Assembly: GCA_963707215.1 (NCBI GenBank)
Contig: CAVPPB010000004.1
Location: 45,586-109,585 of the forward strand
Direction: 5' to 3'
From: an uncultured Chloroflexia bacterium
GTDB lineage: Bacteria; Chloroflexota; Limnocylindria; Limnocylindrales; CSP1-4
DNA: 64,000 nucleotides
Part shown: in pieces, positions 10,566 through 21,221 of the stretch
How the letters are laid out: each line of letters starts with the position of its first letter
Position numbering within the stretch: the first letter of the stretch is position 1
Position numbers and translations under genes: made by a program
The notes under the pieces: generated by a model
Told to the model about the DNA's origin: nothing
What the model saw: the letters and a program-made list of their open reading frames with translations, nothing else
The model's database searches: none

Positions 10566-10778
10566 CTATGAGCGGGCCTGCCGTTCCAGGCGGCGCTGGA
10601 AGCGCTCGACCTGGCCGGCCGTGTCGATGATCGTCTGCTTGCCGGTGAAGAACGGGTGGCAGCTGCTGCAGACGTCGACCCGAAGCTCGGATCGGGTGGA
10701 GCCCACGGTGAACTCCGTGCCGCAGGACGCACAGTGGACCTGCGCGTCGTGGTACTTGGGGTGGATGTCGGCCTTCAC
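10566..10778 (-). CDS. rpmE: 50S ribosomal protein bL31 (Zn-binding type)
   Basis: MKADIHPKY, CxxC...[12 protein letters not shown]. Confidence 0.97.
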   Translation of the reverse strand: MKADIHPKYHDAQVHCASCGTEFTVGSTRSELRVDVCSSCHPFFTGKQTIIDTAGQVERFQRRLERQARS

Positions 10779-10859
10779 GGGTCTCTCCTGCGGCGCCGTC
10801 CGATCGGGGTCACGGTGCCCCGCCGGTGGTCGCCCGCCTCGGCGTGCGGGGGTTGCGGG

Positions 10860-11126
10860 TCAGGCCGAGGCCTCGACCGCCTCCACCCGGACGCGCTTCT
10901 TGTCCTTGGTCGCGTGCTCGAAGCGGACGTGGCCGGTCACCGTCGCGAAGACGGTGTAGTCGCGGCCGAGCCCGGCGCCCTGGCCGGCCAGGAAGGTCAT
11001 GCCGCGCTGGCGGACGATGATCGAGCCGGCCGGGACGAGCTGACCGTCGCCGGCCTTGACGCCCAACCGCTGACCGACCGAGTCGCGGCCGTTCTTGGAG
11101 CTGGAGCCTGCCTTCTTGTGGGCCAT
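10860..11126 (-). CDS. rpmA: 50S ribosomal protein bL27
   Basis: [16 protein letters not shown]...RQRG from ATG at 11126. Confidence 0.97.
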   Translation of the reverse strand: MAHKKAGSSSKNGRDSVGQRLGVKAGDGQLVPAGSIIVRQRGMTFLAGQGAGLGRDYTVFATVTGHVRFEHATKDKKRVRVEAVEASA

Positions 11127-11131
11127 CGGGG

Positions 11132-11823
11132 CTACTCGTCCTTCTTGGTGGTGCGGCGCCGGCGCTTGGGAGCGGCGGGGGCGCTCTGGTCGGCGGCCTC
11201 GGCGGGGCGGCTCGGCGGGGGCGGCCTCGGCAGGGGCGGCCTCGGCGGGGGCGGCTCGGCGGCGCCTCGGCCGTCTCCTCGGCGGGCTCACTGGGCTTCT
11301 CTTCGGCCGGCCCGGTCGGGGCGGCGGCCTTGGCGGCCCGGCTCCGGGTGCGCTTGGGTGCGGCCGGCTCGGCCTTGGTCTCGCGGGCCGCGAGCTTGGC
11401 CGCGAGCTCGGCGTCCGCGGCGGCCTGCTTGGCGGCCGCCTCTTCGAGACGCTGGCGCTCGGTCTTCTTCGCTTCGCCGGCCTTGGCCTCCTCGGACGCC
11501 GCGCTGCGGCCTCCGAAGGTGATGTCGGAGACCCGCAGGACGGTCAGCTCCTGGCGATGACCCTTCTTGACCCGCCGGCGGGCCTTCGGGCGGTACTTGA
11601 AGACGATGACCTTGTCGGCGCGGGCCTGGCGGACCACTTCTGCGCTCACCGAGGCTCCCTCGACGAGCGGCCGGCCGATGGCGGCCTCGTCACCGTCGGC
11701 GACGAGGAGGACCCGGTCGAGGGTGATCGAGCCGCCCGGCTCCGTGTCGAGGTACTCGACCTCGAGAACGGTCCCGACCTCGACCCGATACTGCTTCCCG
11801 CCGGTCTCGATGACTGCGTACAT
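11132..11823 (-). CDS. rplU: 50S ribosomal protein bL21 with a long A/E/K/P-rich C-terminal extension (indel(s) in the extension)
   Basis: [14 protein letters not shown]...KKGHRQELT; probable stop TAG at 11132 (...TTKKDE*) is out of frame with the start. Confidence 0.9.
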
Positions 11824-11911
11824 GGATCCTCGGATGGCGCTGGCGGCCGCGTCCGGCGGCCGCGTCATGGACGTGGGGACGCACCTCGGCAGGTCCGAGG
11901 CGCGAAGAGGG

Positions 11912-11940
11912 AGTGTACGGCCGGCGCCCGGGCGCGTCAA
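11912..11940 (-). promoter_or_regulatory. Sigma70-type promoter of rplU-rpmA, followed by a leader hairpin
   Basis: TTGACG-N17-TACACT on the minus strand; downstream hairpin CGCGCCTCGG/CCGAGGTGCG at about 11880-11904. Confidence 0.7.
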
Positions 11941-12011
11941 CGACCTCGGACGCGCGAGCAGACCCGCCATCGGGGCCGGGATCCGGCGCTCGACCGCATC
12001 GGGAGCCAGGA

Positions 12012-12701
12012 TCAGGCCAGCTCGAGCGCCGTCCGACGGCCCTCGACGATCCGGAGGCGCCTGCCCGAGGCTTCCCCGAGCGCCGCGACGACCTCGTCCG
12101 GCCGGCCCGTCCCAAGCTGGGGATCGACCCTGAGTCGCATCCGGAGCACGGCCCGACCCGATCGGCCGTGCGGGTCGCCCTCAGCGGTCAGCTCGAGCAG
12201 GAACGGGCGGAGGTCGTAGGGCACGATCCGGTCGACCTTGGTCCGCTCGCGCGGAAGGTGCTCGGCGGCGGACAACCGATCGACAGCGGGGACGAGGTCG
12301 TCCAGGAGCGGACGCCGCTCGTCGTCCACCGAGACCACGAGGCGGTAGACGGCCGAGGCGACGCTCGCGGGCAGGGAGGGAGCGCCGAGCCAGACGTCGT
12401 GAAGATCGACCAGCGCATGGCCGGGTGGCATCGTCGCCTCGAGGGCCGAGCGGACCTCGGCCCGGGTCCTTCGCTTGGACAGCATGAACTCGATGGGTTC
12501 GGCATCGGCGACCATGCCGACCGGCAGGGGGACCGAGGCCGCGATGCGCGGTCGGGGCCGGTCCGTGCCAGTCATCGCGACCGGCAGACCCGTCCCGGCC
12601 AGGGCCGTCTCCCAGGCCACCAGCTCGTCACGCTGGGACAGCCCGGTCGCGTCGAGGCCGCGGCGGTAGAAGATCCGCCAACGCTGGACGGCGGTGGTCA
12701 T
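12012..12701 (-). CDS. DUF2344 / TIGR03936-family radical-SAM-associated protein (stand-alone)
   Basis: QRWRIFY...GLPVAMTG...PRPRIAASVPLPVG...YDLRPFL; usual neighbour of rplU. Confidence 0.8.
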   Translation of the reverse strand: MTTAVQRWRIFYRRGLDATGLSQRDELVAWETALAGTGLPVAMTGTDRPRPRIAASVPLPVGMVADAEPIEFMLSKRRTRAEVRSALEATMPPGHALVDLHDVWLGAPSLPASVASAVYRLVVSVDDERRPLLDDLVPAVDRLSAAEHLPRERTKVDRIVPYDLRPFLLELTAEGDPHGRSGRAVLRMRLRVDPQLGTGRPDEVVAALGEASGRRLRIVEGRRTALELA

Positions 12702-12743
12702 CGGTCTCGGGGGCCCTCCCTTGCTCTGGTAGTCTGCGCCACG

Positions 12744-14106
12744 ATGGAGGAGGGCGCCCGCCCCACGCCGCCCGTGCGCCGGGTACGGTTGCCGACCCCG
12801 CAGGTCGCGCTGGCGGTGCTGGCGGTCGTCGTCGTGGCCTTGCTCCTGTACCAGGGCGGCGACGCTCTCGGACCGTTCGTCATCGGGCTCCTGCTCGCCT
12901 ACATCCTCGATCCGGTCGTCACCTTCCTGAACCGGCGACTTCGGATCCCGCGCTGGATCGGCATCCTCGCCCTCTACGTCGTCATCGTGGCGGTGCTCGT
13001 CCTCGTCGGCAGGATCACCATCCTCGCCCTCGTCGAGCAGGTGGCAGCCTTCGTCGATCAGCTCCCCGAGCTCGTCCGCCAATGGGTCGCAGCCGTCCAG
13101 GAGTTCGTTGGGGGGCTCGCCTGGCTCTCACAGGGCGTTCGCGACGAGATCGCCCTCCAGCTCGACCAGCTGGTCGCCTCGCTGACCGGCGAGGGTCCAC
13201 GGCCCGGCCTCGACGAGCTCGCGGGCTTCCTCCAGCTGTTCCAGTTCGCCGGGCCGATCGCCCGGGTCGCGACCGCCGTCGTGGCCTACTTCATCATCCC
13301 GATCTTCGTCTTCTACGTCCTCAAGGACCGGCCGGCGCTGGTCGCCGGCGCCATGGCGGCCCTGCCCGAGTCGTGGCAGCCTGACGTCCGGGCGCTCGGC
13401 CGGGTGATCGAGCGGGTCTTCGGGCGCTGGCTGCGGGGTCAGCTGCTCCTGGGGCTCGTCGTCGGCGTCGCGACGTTCGTCGGTCTCGAGCTGCTCGGGC
13501 TCTTCGTCGACCCGGTCTTCGCCCACTTCGCCGTGCTTCCTGGCCATCATCGCCGGCGTCCTTGAGCTGGTCCCGATCATCGGCCCGATCATCGCCGCCA
13601 TCCCGGCGCTGATCCTCGGGGCGACCGGTGGCCTCGACGCCATGGTCGCCGTGCTCCTGCTCTACCTCCGCGTCCAGCAGCTCGAGAACAACTTCCTGGT
13701 GCCCAAGATCCAGGGCGACGCCGTCGACCTCCACCCATCGCTCGTGCTCTTCGTCATCGTGCTGGGCGGTGCCCTCGGCGGCCTGCTCGGGGCGATCCTG
13801 GCGATCCCGGTCACGGCGACCGGACGGGACGTCCTGCGGTACCTGTTCATGCGGACCGCGCCCGAACCGGTCCCGGTAGCGGAGGCAGAGGCACGGGCGC
13901 TCCGGCCGGCGGCCTGGCGTCGCGCCCAGGCGAGGTCGGCGAGCGGCGGCCCCGAGACCGGGCGTGACGATGAGCCGACACCGGCCCAGGGAGTGGCGCC
14001 GGGCCGGAGCCCACCCTCGGCAACGCCGCCACCGAGGGGGCCGCGCCGGACCGGGCGCCGAGCCCGGGCCCGGACGCGACACATCGTCCTGAGGGGCCCT
14101 CGATGA
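12744..14106 (+). CDS. AI-2E family transporter (apparent indel near 13537)
   Basis: LAYILDPVV, RWLRGQL, then in the shifted frame IIGPII, QQLENNFLVPKI, LHP, LAIPV. Confidence 0.85.
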
Positions 14107-14742
14107 CCTTCGAGCCAGCCGGCCAGACCGACCACTACAAGATCCTGCAGGTCGATCCCGAGGCCGATCCCGAGGTGATCCAGGCCGCCTACCACCGCCT
14201 CGCCCGCAAGTTCCATCCTGACGTCGGCGGGTCGGCCGACGCGGAGCGGATGGCTCGCCTCAACCTGGCCTGGGAGGTCCTCCGCGACCCGGACCGCCGC
14301 GCCGCCTACGACCGAGCTCGGGCCAGGGCGGCCGTCCCGGTCACCGAGCGACTCCTCCCGTCCGGGGGCCGAAGCTGCGTCCGCGGCCGGTCCGGGTCGG
14401 GATCCGCACGGGCCTGCCGGAGCTGCCCAGGCCCGCCCGGCCGAGACCGTCTCACCCCACTGGACCAGCGGGCGCTCGTCGTCCGGTGGCGGGTACGACC
14501 CGTCGACCATGCGGAGCGCCGAGGGACAGGGCGCTGCCGGTCCGCCACCGGGCAAGCCGTCCGGCACCGTCCTCGGTTTCGGCCGCTACGCCGGCTGGTC
14601 CCTCGGCGAGATCGCCCGCGTGGACCTGGAGTACGTGGAGTGGCTCGACCGAGCGCCGATCGGCCGGGCCTACCGGGACGAGATCGATGCCCTCCTGCGC
14701 AAGGCGGGTCGGCGACGCGCGGCCCGCCCCGGCGAGACGTGA
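14103..14742 (+). CDS. J-domain protein with a C-terminal FG(R/K)YxG helical domain (apparent indel in the linker)
   Basis: DHYKILQV...FHPD J-domain; ORF 14509-14742 carries LGFGRYAGWSLGEIARVDLEYVEWL. Confidence 0.7.
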
Positions 14743-14836
14743 GCGGCGAGGGCTCTTCCGCCGCTGACGACGCCGGACAGCGAGCCGGGATCCGACCCGA
14801 TCACCCGGCGCTTCCGACCGCTCGGGACTGCCGGAT

Positions 14837-16096
14837 CTACGCCGCCTTGGGCTCCGGGTCGTGCGCGTGGATCCGCTCCTCGACCGCCTTCGGGATCGCC
14901 CAGTTCAGCAGGAACGGGGCCACGACGGTCGTCAGGACGACCGCGACCAGCACGGCGCTGAAGAGGTCCTCGGTCAGGACGCCGGCCGCGAGGCCGAGGG
15001 TGACCACGACGATGCCGACCTCGCCCCGTGGCACCATCCCGATCCCCACGGCGATCGAGCCCCACCGCCCCAGCCGCCGGGCGCCCAGGATCCCGCCGAG
15101 CGCCTTGGTGATGACGCCGAGCACCGCGAGCACGATGGCCAGCACGACCACTCCGGGGTCGAGCAACGCGCTCAGGTCGAGCTGGGCCCCGGTGAAGGCG
15201 AAGAAGAACGGGGTGAAGATCGAGGCCAGCGGCCTGATCTCGTGCTCGAGCTCCTCGCGCGCCTCCGTCTCGGCCACGATGAGGCCGGCGACGAACGCCC
15301 CGATGATGGCGGCCAGGCCGACGAAGACGGCCAGCAGCGAGAACGCCAGCATCATCAGGAACGCGGGCACCAGCGGCGTGTCGGCGAACAGGGGCCAGGT
15401 GAAGGCCTCGCGCTTGACGCCCCTTGCCCGCCGGGCGATCGCGAAGCCGAGGATCACCAGGGCGACGCCGGCGACGGCAGCGACGAACGTCGAGGCGGAG
15501 AGGTCGCCTTCGACGAGACCCGAGACGATGCCGATGAGCACAAGGGCCAGCACGTCGTCGATGACGGCTGCGCCCAGCACGACCCTGGCGAAGGCGCGGT
15601 CGAGCACGTTCATGTCGGCAAGGACCCGACTCGTGATGCCGATGCTCGTGGCGGCCAGGGCCAGGCCGATGAAGGCCGCGGTGCCGAACGGCTCGCCGAC
15701 GGCGACACCGACCGCGAAGCCGGCGGCGATCGGCAGCACCATCGCGATGAGGGCGGTCAGGACGGCCGGACGGCCGACCGCGAAGAGGTCGTCCAGACGG
15801 ACCTCCAGGCCGACCGCGAAGAGCAGGATGACGACGCCGATCTCAGCGAAGACAGCCGCGGTCTCCCCGGGCTCCGGCAGGCCGATGAGACCGCCCAGGG
15901 CGAACGGCCCCACGATGAAGCCGCCCACCAGCTCCCCGATGACGGCGGGCTGGCCGAGGCGGCGCGCGGCCTCCTCTCCCAACTTGGCCGCGAGCAGAAG
16001 GAGGAAGAGGCCGAACAGGACCTCCGTCGGGGCGGCCGACGCGGACAGGCTGATCGGGTCGGCCGGGAGACCATCAAGGATGCTGGCGAAGGGCAC
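14837..16096 (-). CDS. Cation:proton antiporter (CPA2/KefB-like)
   Basis: GQPAVIGEL, ATSIGIT, AVIDD, GMVPRGEV. Confidence 0.9.
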   Translation of the reverse strand: MPFASILDGLPADPISLSASAAPTEVLFGLFLLLLAAKLGEEAARRLGQPAVIGELVGGFIVGPFALGGLIGLPEPGETAAVFAEIGVVILLFAVGLEVRLDDLFAVGRPAVLTALIAMVLPIAAGFAVGVAVGEPFGTAAFIGLALAATSIGITSRVLADMNVLDRAFARVVLGAAVIDDVLALVLIGIVSGLVEGDLSASTFVAAVAGVALVILGFAIARRARGVKREAFTWPLFADTPLVPAFLMMLAFSLLAVFVGLAAIIGAFVAGLIVAETEAREELEHEIRPLASIFTPFFFAFTGAQLDLSALLDPGVVVLAIVLAVLGVITKALGGILGARRLGRWGSIAVGIGMVPRGEVGIVVVTLGLAAGVLTEDLFSAVLVAVVLTTVVAPFLLNWAIPKAVEERIHAHDPEPKAA

Positions 16097-16111
16097 CGGC
16101 GTGGACCTCCC

Positions 16112-17377
16112 TCAGGTCAGATAGCGGAACCAGACATAGACGCTGCTCAAGGCGAGTGACAGCACCGTCACCGGGATACCGTACCGCACGAACATCCGGA
16201 AGCTGATCGGGTGCCCGGCTCGGCTCGCCATCCCCGAGGCTACGACATTCGCCGAGGCGCCCACGATGGTCGCATTGCCGCCGAGGCAGGCCCCCAGGGC
16301 CAGTGCCCACCAGAGCGGCTCGATCGGGATGCCGGCGTCCCCGAGCTCGAAGACGACCGGGATCATCGTCGCCGTGTAGGGGATGTTGTCGATGATCGCG
16401 GAGGCGACACCCGAGAACCAGAGCAGGCCGATCGTGGTCAGAGCCGGGTCGCCACCGGTCAGCTCGAGGAGTGTGTCTGCGATCTGCGCGACGATGCCGG
16501 CAGCGACGATGCCCTCGACGACGATGAACAGGCCCACGAAGAACGCGATCGTCGGCCACTCCACCTCGTCGAGTGCGGCATGGATGTCGCGCCGGGTCAC
16601 CAGCAGGAGGATCGTGGCGCCGGCCAGGGCGATCGTGGCCGGCTCGATCCCGAGCGTCCCACCGAGCAGGAAGCCGACGATCGTAAGGCCCAGCACGGCG
16701 AGGGAGCGGCGGAGCAGGTCGAAGTCGGTGATGACCTGGTCTGCATCGAGCGAAGCCAACGCCGCGTCGATGTCGGCCGTCGACCGGACCGCCGGCCGCA
16801 TGACCCAGCCGAGCCAGGCCAGCGAGACGACCAGGACGACGATGGCGATCGGCGCCATGTTCAGGAGGAAGTCCACGAAATCGAGGCCGGTCGCGGCGCC
16901 GATCAGGATGTTCGGCGGATCGCCGACCAGGGTGGCGGCCCCGCCGATGTTCGACGCCAGGATCTGGCTGATCAGGAATGGCAAGGGCGACACGCCGAGG
17001 GTCGCAGCCACGAACAGGGTCACCGGGGCGATGAGGACGACGGTCGTGACGTTGTCCAGGAACGCCGAGAGCACGGCGGTGACCAACGAGAGGACGATGA
17101 GCAACCGGACCGGATCGCCGCCGGCCGCGTGGACCGACCGGATGGCTACCCACTGGAAGAACCCTGTCTCGCGGAGGACGCCGGCGATGACCATCATCGA
17201 GGCCAGGAGGAGGATGACGTCGAGCTCGACGGCCGCGAAGGCCTCCTCCTGCGCCACCACGCCGAGCACGACCATCGCGACACCGCCGGCGAGGGCGGCG
17301 ACCGTCCGGTCGAGCCGCTCCGTCGCGATGATCGCGTACGTGACCAGGAAGACCGCCGCCGCGATCCAGGTGTCCAC
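16112..17377 (-). CDS. ArsB/NhaD-family transporter
   Basis: SAFLDNVTT, GDPPNILI, DNIPY, GGNATIVGASANVV. Confidence 0.9.
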   Translation of the reverse strand: MDTWIAAAVFLVTYAIIATERLDRTVAALAGGVAMVVLGVVAQEEAFAAVELDVILLLASMMVIAGVLRETGFFQWVAIRSVHAAGGDPVRLLIVLSLVTAVLSAFLDNVTTVVLIAPVTLFVAATLGVSPLPFLISQILASNIGGAATLVGDPPNILIGAATGLDFVDFLLNMAPIAIVVLVVSLAWLGWVMRPAVRSTADIDAALASLDADQVITDFDLLRRSLAVLGLTIVGFLLGGTLGIEPATIALAGATILLLVTRRDIHAALDEVEWPTIAFFVGLFIVVEGIVAAGIVAQIADTLLELTGGDPALTTIGLLWFSGVASAIIDNIPYTATMIPVVFELGDAGIPIEPLWWALALGACLGGNATIVGASANVVASGMASRAGHPISFRMFVRYGIPVTVLSLALSSVYVWFRYLT

Positions 17378-17387
17378 GCCGCTCTGG

Positions 17388-17933
17388 TCAGCCGCCCGCC
17401 GACCGCGGCGCGGCCGGGGGAAGCCCCGTCGTGGCCAGGTAGGCGAGCTCTAGTCGGTCCAGGTACCCGATCGGGTGACCCTCGGCGTCGATCATGTAGA
17501 CCCCGGACAGTCCGTCCTTCAGCATCCGCCGGAAGGCGGCCACGACGCTCGCGTCGGGCGGGACGACGGCCGGTGGGAGCATGGCGTCACCCGCCGTGGA
17601 CGATTCGAGGTGATGTCCGAATCGGGCCACGTCGTCGACCGATGCCAGGTCGGACATCAGGGCCTCCGGGATCGTGTTCGCGAGGACGTCCTCGACGAGG
17701 TCCCTGATGCGGATGACGCCGACCATCACCCCGGCGTCGTCGACCACCCCGATCAGCCTGGTGGACGGCTGGCGGGCGGCCCGGCGAAGGACATCCAGGA
17801 GATCGTCGCCGACATGGACGACCAGGGGCTCGATGTTGAGCAGCTGCACGCAGTCGGCCACCCGGGCCGATCGGTCGAGCCTGGCCTCGGCGTGGTCGGC
17901 ATGCTCCGCGTGCTCGGGGGCGTCGTTCGTCAC
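17388..17933 (-). CDS. CBS-domain protein
   Basis: Two CBS-like repeats (VVDDAGVMVGVI; IDAEGHPIGYL); heads the transporter pair. Confidence 0.75.
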   Translation of the reverse strand: MTNDAPEHAEHADHAEARLDRSARVADCVQLLNIEPLVVHVGDDLLDVLRRAARQPSTRLIGVVDDAGVMVGVIRIRDLVEDVLANTIPEALMSDLASVDDVARFGHHLESSTAGDAMLPPAVVPPDASVVAAFRRMLKDGLSGVYMIDAEGHPIGYLDRLELAYLATTGLPPAAPRSAGG

Positions 17934-18094
17934 GGGTCCCGTCCTCCCGACGTGGGCCGCCCGGAACGAACCAGCGCAAGGGCGTGCCCGCCCACGAGTC
18001 TAGCCTCGGAGGGCAGGCTGTCGCGGCCCGGATCCGAAGACGATCGCAGCGACCGCCTTGGCCCCGCGCTCGGGCGTATCTGCCCGAGGCGGCG

Positions 18095-19255
18095 TCACCA
18101 TTCGGCTCGAGCCTGCCGGATGTTGATGCTCTGGATCACCCCAAGCGCGATGGCGATGCTGATCAGCGATGCGCCTCCGTGGGTCACGAAGGGCAGCGGG
18201 ATACCGGTGATCGGCATGATCCCGACGACCATCCCGACGTTGACGATCAACTGGAAGAGCAGCATCGATGCGACGCCGCTCGCGAAGAGGACGCCGAACG
18301 GATCCCGGGCTCGCCAGGCCGTCAGCAGGATGCGCCAGAGCAGGAGGACGAACAGGACGAACAGGACGATGCCGCCGACCAGACCCAGCTCCTCGGCCAG
18401 GATCGCGAACACGAAGTCCGTCTCCTGGACGGGCAGGAAGTCCAGCTGGTTCTGGGTCCCGTTGGTCAGACCCTTTCCCAGGACCCCTCCGGACCCGACG
18501 GCCACCTGGGCCTGGTAGAGCTGGTAGCCGGCGCCCTGGATGTCGGCGCCCGGGTCGAGGAAGGCGGTGATCCGCTCCTTCTGATAGTCACGGAGGATGT
18601 TCGACCAGACGAAGGGCAGCGCGGCGATCGAGCCGGCGGCCAGGAGCCCGAGCCACCGCATGCTGGCCCCGCTCATGAAGAGCATCCCGACAACGATGGC
18701 GCCGAAGACCAGTGACGTGCCCAGATCCGGCTGCATGAGGACGAGGACCCACGGCGGCACGACCAGCAGGCAGGCGCCCAGGATGACCGCCAGTGAGTCG
18801 AGGCGATCGTGCCGGGCCGCCAGGTAGTTGGCGAGGACGGCGATCATGATGACCTTGGCCAGCTCGCTGAACTGGAACGAGATCGGGCCGAGGTAGATCC
18901 AGCGCTGTGCCCCGCCGATGCCGTCTCCGATGATGAGGGTCAGGCCGAGCAGGCCGAGATTCACGAGGTAGAGCGGCCAGGCGAAGGTCCGCAGCCAGCG
19001 GTAGTCGAAGGCCGTCGTGGCGGCGAAGGCAACGATCGCCAGGGCAGCCCAGAGCAGGCCCCGGGTGAAGGTCGAGCCGCTCTCGAGGGCCGAGTCGCCG
19101 CCGCTGATGCTGTTCGTATAGGCCATCACCAGACCGATCCCTAGCAGCAGGGCGGCGTAGACGGTCAGCTGGATGTCGTACAGGCGCCAGACGGCCCCTG
19201 CAGAACGACCGATCCAGGCCGACGCCCGCGCGGGCTCGGCACGCAGCGCGCCCAT
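18095..19255 (-). CDS. rodA: SEDS peptidoglycan polymerase RodA
   Basis: GAQRWI, QPDLGT, TDFVFA, GIPLPFVTHGG; downstream of mrdA; start may be 19291. Confidence 0.92.
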   Translation of the reverse strand: MGALRAEPARASAWIGRSAGAVWRLYDIQLTVYAALLLGIGLVMAYTNSISGGDSALESGSTFTRGLLWAALAIVAFAATTAFDYRWLRTFAWPLYLVNLGLLGLTLIIGDGIGGAQRWIYLGPISFQFSELAKVIMIAVLANYLAARHDRLDSLAVILGACLLVVPPWVLVLMQPDLGTSLVFGAIVVGMLFMSGASMRWLGLLAAGSIAALPFVWSNILRDYQKERITAFLDPGADIQGAGYQLYQAQVAVGSGGVLGKGLTNGTQNQLDFLPVQETDFVFAILAEELGLVGGIVLFVLFVLLLWRILLTAWRARDPFGVLFASGVASMLLFQLIVNVGMVVGIMPITGIPLPFVTHGGASLISIAIALGVIQSINIRQARAEW

Positions 19256-19301
19256 CAGCGGCTCGTCTCGGGGCAGCGGCCGGAGCCGCACAGAGCGACC
19301 A

Positions 19302-21221
19302 TCAGTTGCCGTAGAAGTTGCCGCGCTCGAGGAGATCGACGCGCGTGTAGTCCTGCTTGATGTCGAAGCGGAGCTGCATCCACTTCTTGGCGATCTCGGT
19401 CGCCGCGTTGCCGCGCGTCCGAGAGTCGTAGGCGAACACGACGACGGCGAGCTCGGAATCGGTCCGGGCCATCGCCTTCATGCCGGTGGGATCGGCGGCG
19501 GTCCTGTAGGGCTCCTTCGGGATGAACCCGGCGAACCAGGAGTGGTACGGGAGCCGGCCCTTGCTGTCGCGGATCCCGAACTCGGCCGTGCCGGTCTTCG
19601 CGGCCACGACGATCGGCATGTCGACGAGGTTGTACGTGTGGCGGATCAGAACGACGTTGCGGGCTGCCTCACGCATCTCCCGAAGCACGGCGGGATCCAC
19701 GTCCAGCTGGTGGCGGACCTTCGGCTCGAACTCCTGCGCGACCTCGCCGTCCGGACCGATGATCCGACGGACCACCGTCGGCTCGTACAGCGTGCCGCCA
19801 TTGGCCAGGGCCGCGTACGCGTTGAGGAGCTGGATCGGCGTGACGACGTCGTAGCCCTGGCCGATCCCGGCGTGGTAGGTCTCGCCGGCGAAGATCGGCT
19901 GGCCGAGGGTGTCGAGTTTCCACTCATTCGTCGGGACGATCCCGGGCACCTCGCCGGGCAGGTCGATGCCCGTCCGCTCGCCAAAGCCGTACTGGTTCGC
20001 CCAGTAGCCCAGCCGGTCGATCCCGAGCATCCCGGCCAGCTGGAAGAAGTAGGTGTCGCTGGAGTGGCCGAAGCCGCAATCGAGATCGCAGGGACCCCAG
20101 CCTCGCCGGTTCCACTCGTAGAACTTGGTGGATCCAAGGGTGAGGTAAGGCTTGGTCGGGACCTTCGTCGACGCCCTGACCTTGCCATCACCCAGCGCTC
20201 CGGTCCCGGTCACCAGCTTGTAGGTCGATCCGGGCGGGTAGTGGGCCGCGATCGCGTGGTTGAGCAGCGGCTTGTTCGGGTCCTGGAGCAGTTGCTGGTA
20301 GTCGGCGACGGAGATGCCCCGGGCGAACAGGTTGTTGTCATAGCTCGGCAGGCTGACGAGCGCCAGGATCTCGCCGGTCTGGGGGTTCATCACCGCGACG
20401 ACGCCGCGCTTGATCCCGACGATGTCCATGGCCCAGCGCATCGCCTCCTCGGCGTAGCGCTGTTCCTCGACATCGATCGACAGCTCGAGCGACGAGCCGG
20501 CGACGGCCGGACGGATCGTCTGGAGGACCTGGAGCCGCTGCCCGCGTGCGTCGCGCTCGACCTCCTCGATGCCGTAGGTCCCTCGGAGCACCGGCTCGTA
20601 GGTCGCCTCCACACCGGCCACGCCGACAAGGTCGTCCGGCAGATAACCGCGCTTCTTGAGATCCGAATAGGCCTCGGGGCTCACCGGTCCGGTGTAGCCG
20701 AGGACCTGTGAGACGAGGGGGCCCAGCGGATACGAGCGGGTCGGCTCGACGACGACCGAGACCCCCGGCAGCTCGTCCGCGTGCTCGGCGATGAGCCGAG
20801 CCGTGTCCTCTGGCACATCGCGGGCGATCCGGACCAGGTCGAAGCGTGACCCCGCGTTCGTGTCGATCGAGGCGTTGATGTCAGCGGGCTCCAGGCCGAG
20901 AAGCCCGCCCAGACGCCCGACGACCATCTGCCGACGGTCGAGCGGGAGATCGGCCGGGCGGACCTTGATCGAGTAGGTCGGGACGTTCGTGACGAGCTCG
21001 ACGCCGTTGCGGTCGTAGATCAGCCCACGGGCCGACAGAACGGCCTGCTCGACCCGCCCGTTCCGCGCCGCGATACCGGCGAATTCGCCGCCCTGGATGA
21101 CCTGTAGCTGGGTGAGCCGGGCCGTCAGCGCGCCGACCCCGATCACGACGGCCAGGCCGAACACGGCGAAGCGTACCGGGCGCCGCATCGCGCCCGCGTC
21201 GTCTGCGGTCCAGGTGCTCAC
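19302..21221 (-). CDS. mrdA: Penicillin-binding protein 2 (class B)
   Basis: RGLIYDRNG, PGSTYK (SxxK), SSD, KTGT; GTG overlaps the mreD stop. Confidence 0.93.
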   Translation of the reverse strand: MSTWTADDAGAMRRPVRFAVFGLAVVIGVGALTARLTQLQVIQGGEFAGIAARNGRVEQAVLSARGLIYDRNGVELVTNVPTYSIKVRPADLPLDRRQMVVGRLGGLLGLEPADINASIDTNAGSRFDLVRIARDVPEDTARLIAEHADELPGVSVVVEPTRSYPLGPLVSQVLGYTGPVSPEAYSDLKKRGYLPDDLVGVAGVEATYEPVLRGTYGIEEVERDARGQRLQVLQTIRPAVAGSSLELSIDVEEQRYAEEAMRWAMDIVGIKRGVVAVMNPQTGEILALVSLPSYDNNLFARGISVADYQQLLQDPNKPLLNHAIAAHYPPGSTYKLVTGTGALGDGKVRASTKVPTKPYLTLGSTKFYEWNRRGWGPCDLDCGFGHSSDTYFFQLAGMLGIDRLGYWANQYGFGERTGIDLPGEVPGIVPTNEWKLDTLGQPIFAGETYHAGIGQGYDVVTPIQLLNAYAALANGGTLYEPTVVRRIIGPDGEVAQEFEPKVRHQLDVDPAVLREMREAARNVVLIRHTYNLVDMPIVVAAKTGTAEFGIRDSKGRLPYHSWFAGFIPKEPYRTAADPTGMKAMARTDSELAVVVFAYDSRTRGNAATEIAKKWMQLRFDIKQDYTRVDLLERGNFYGN

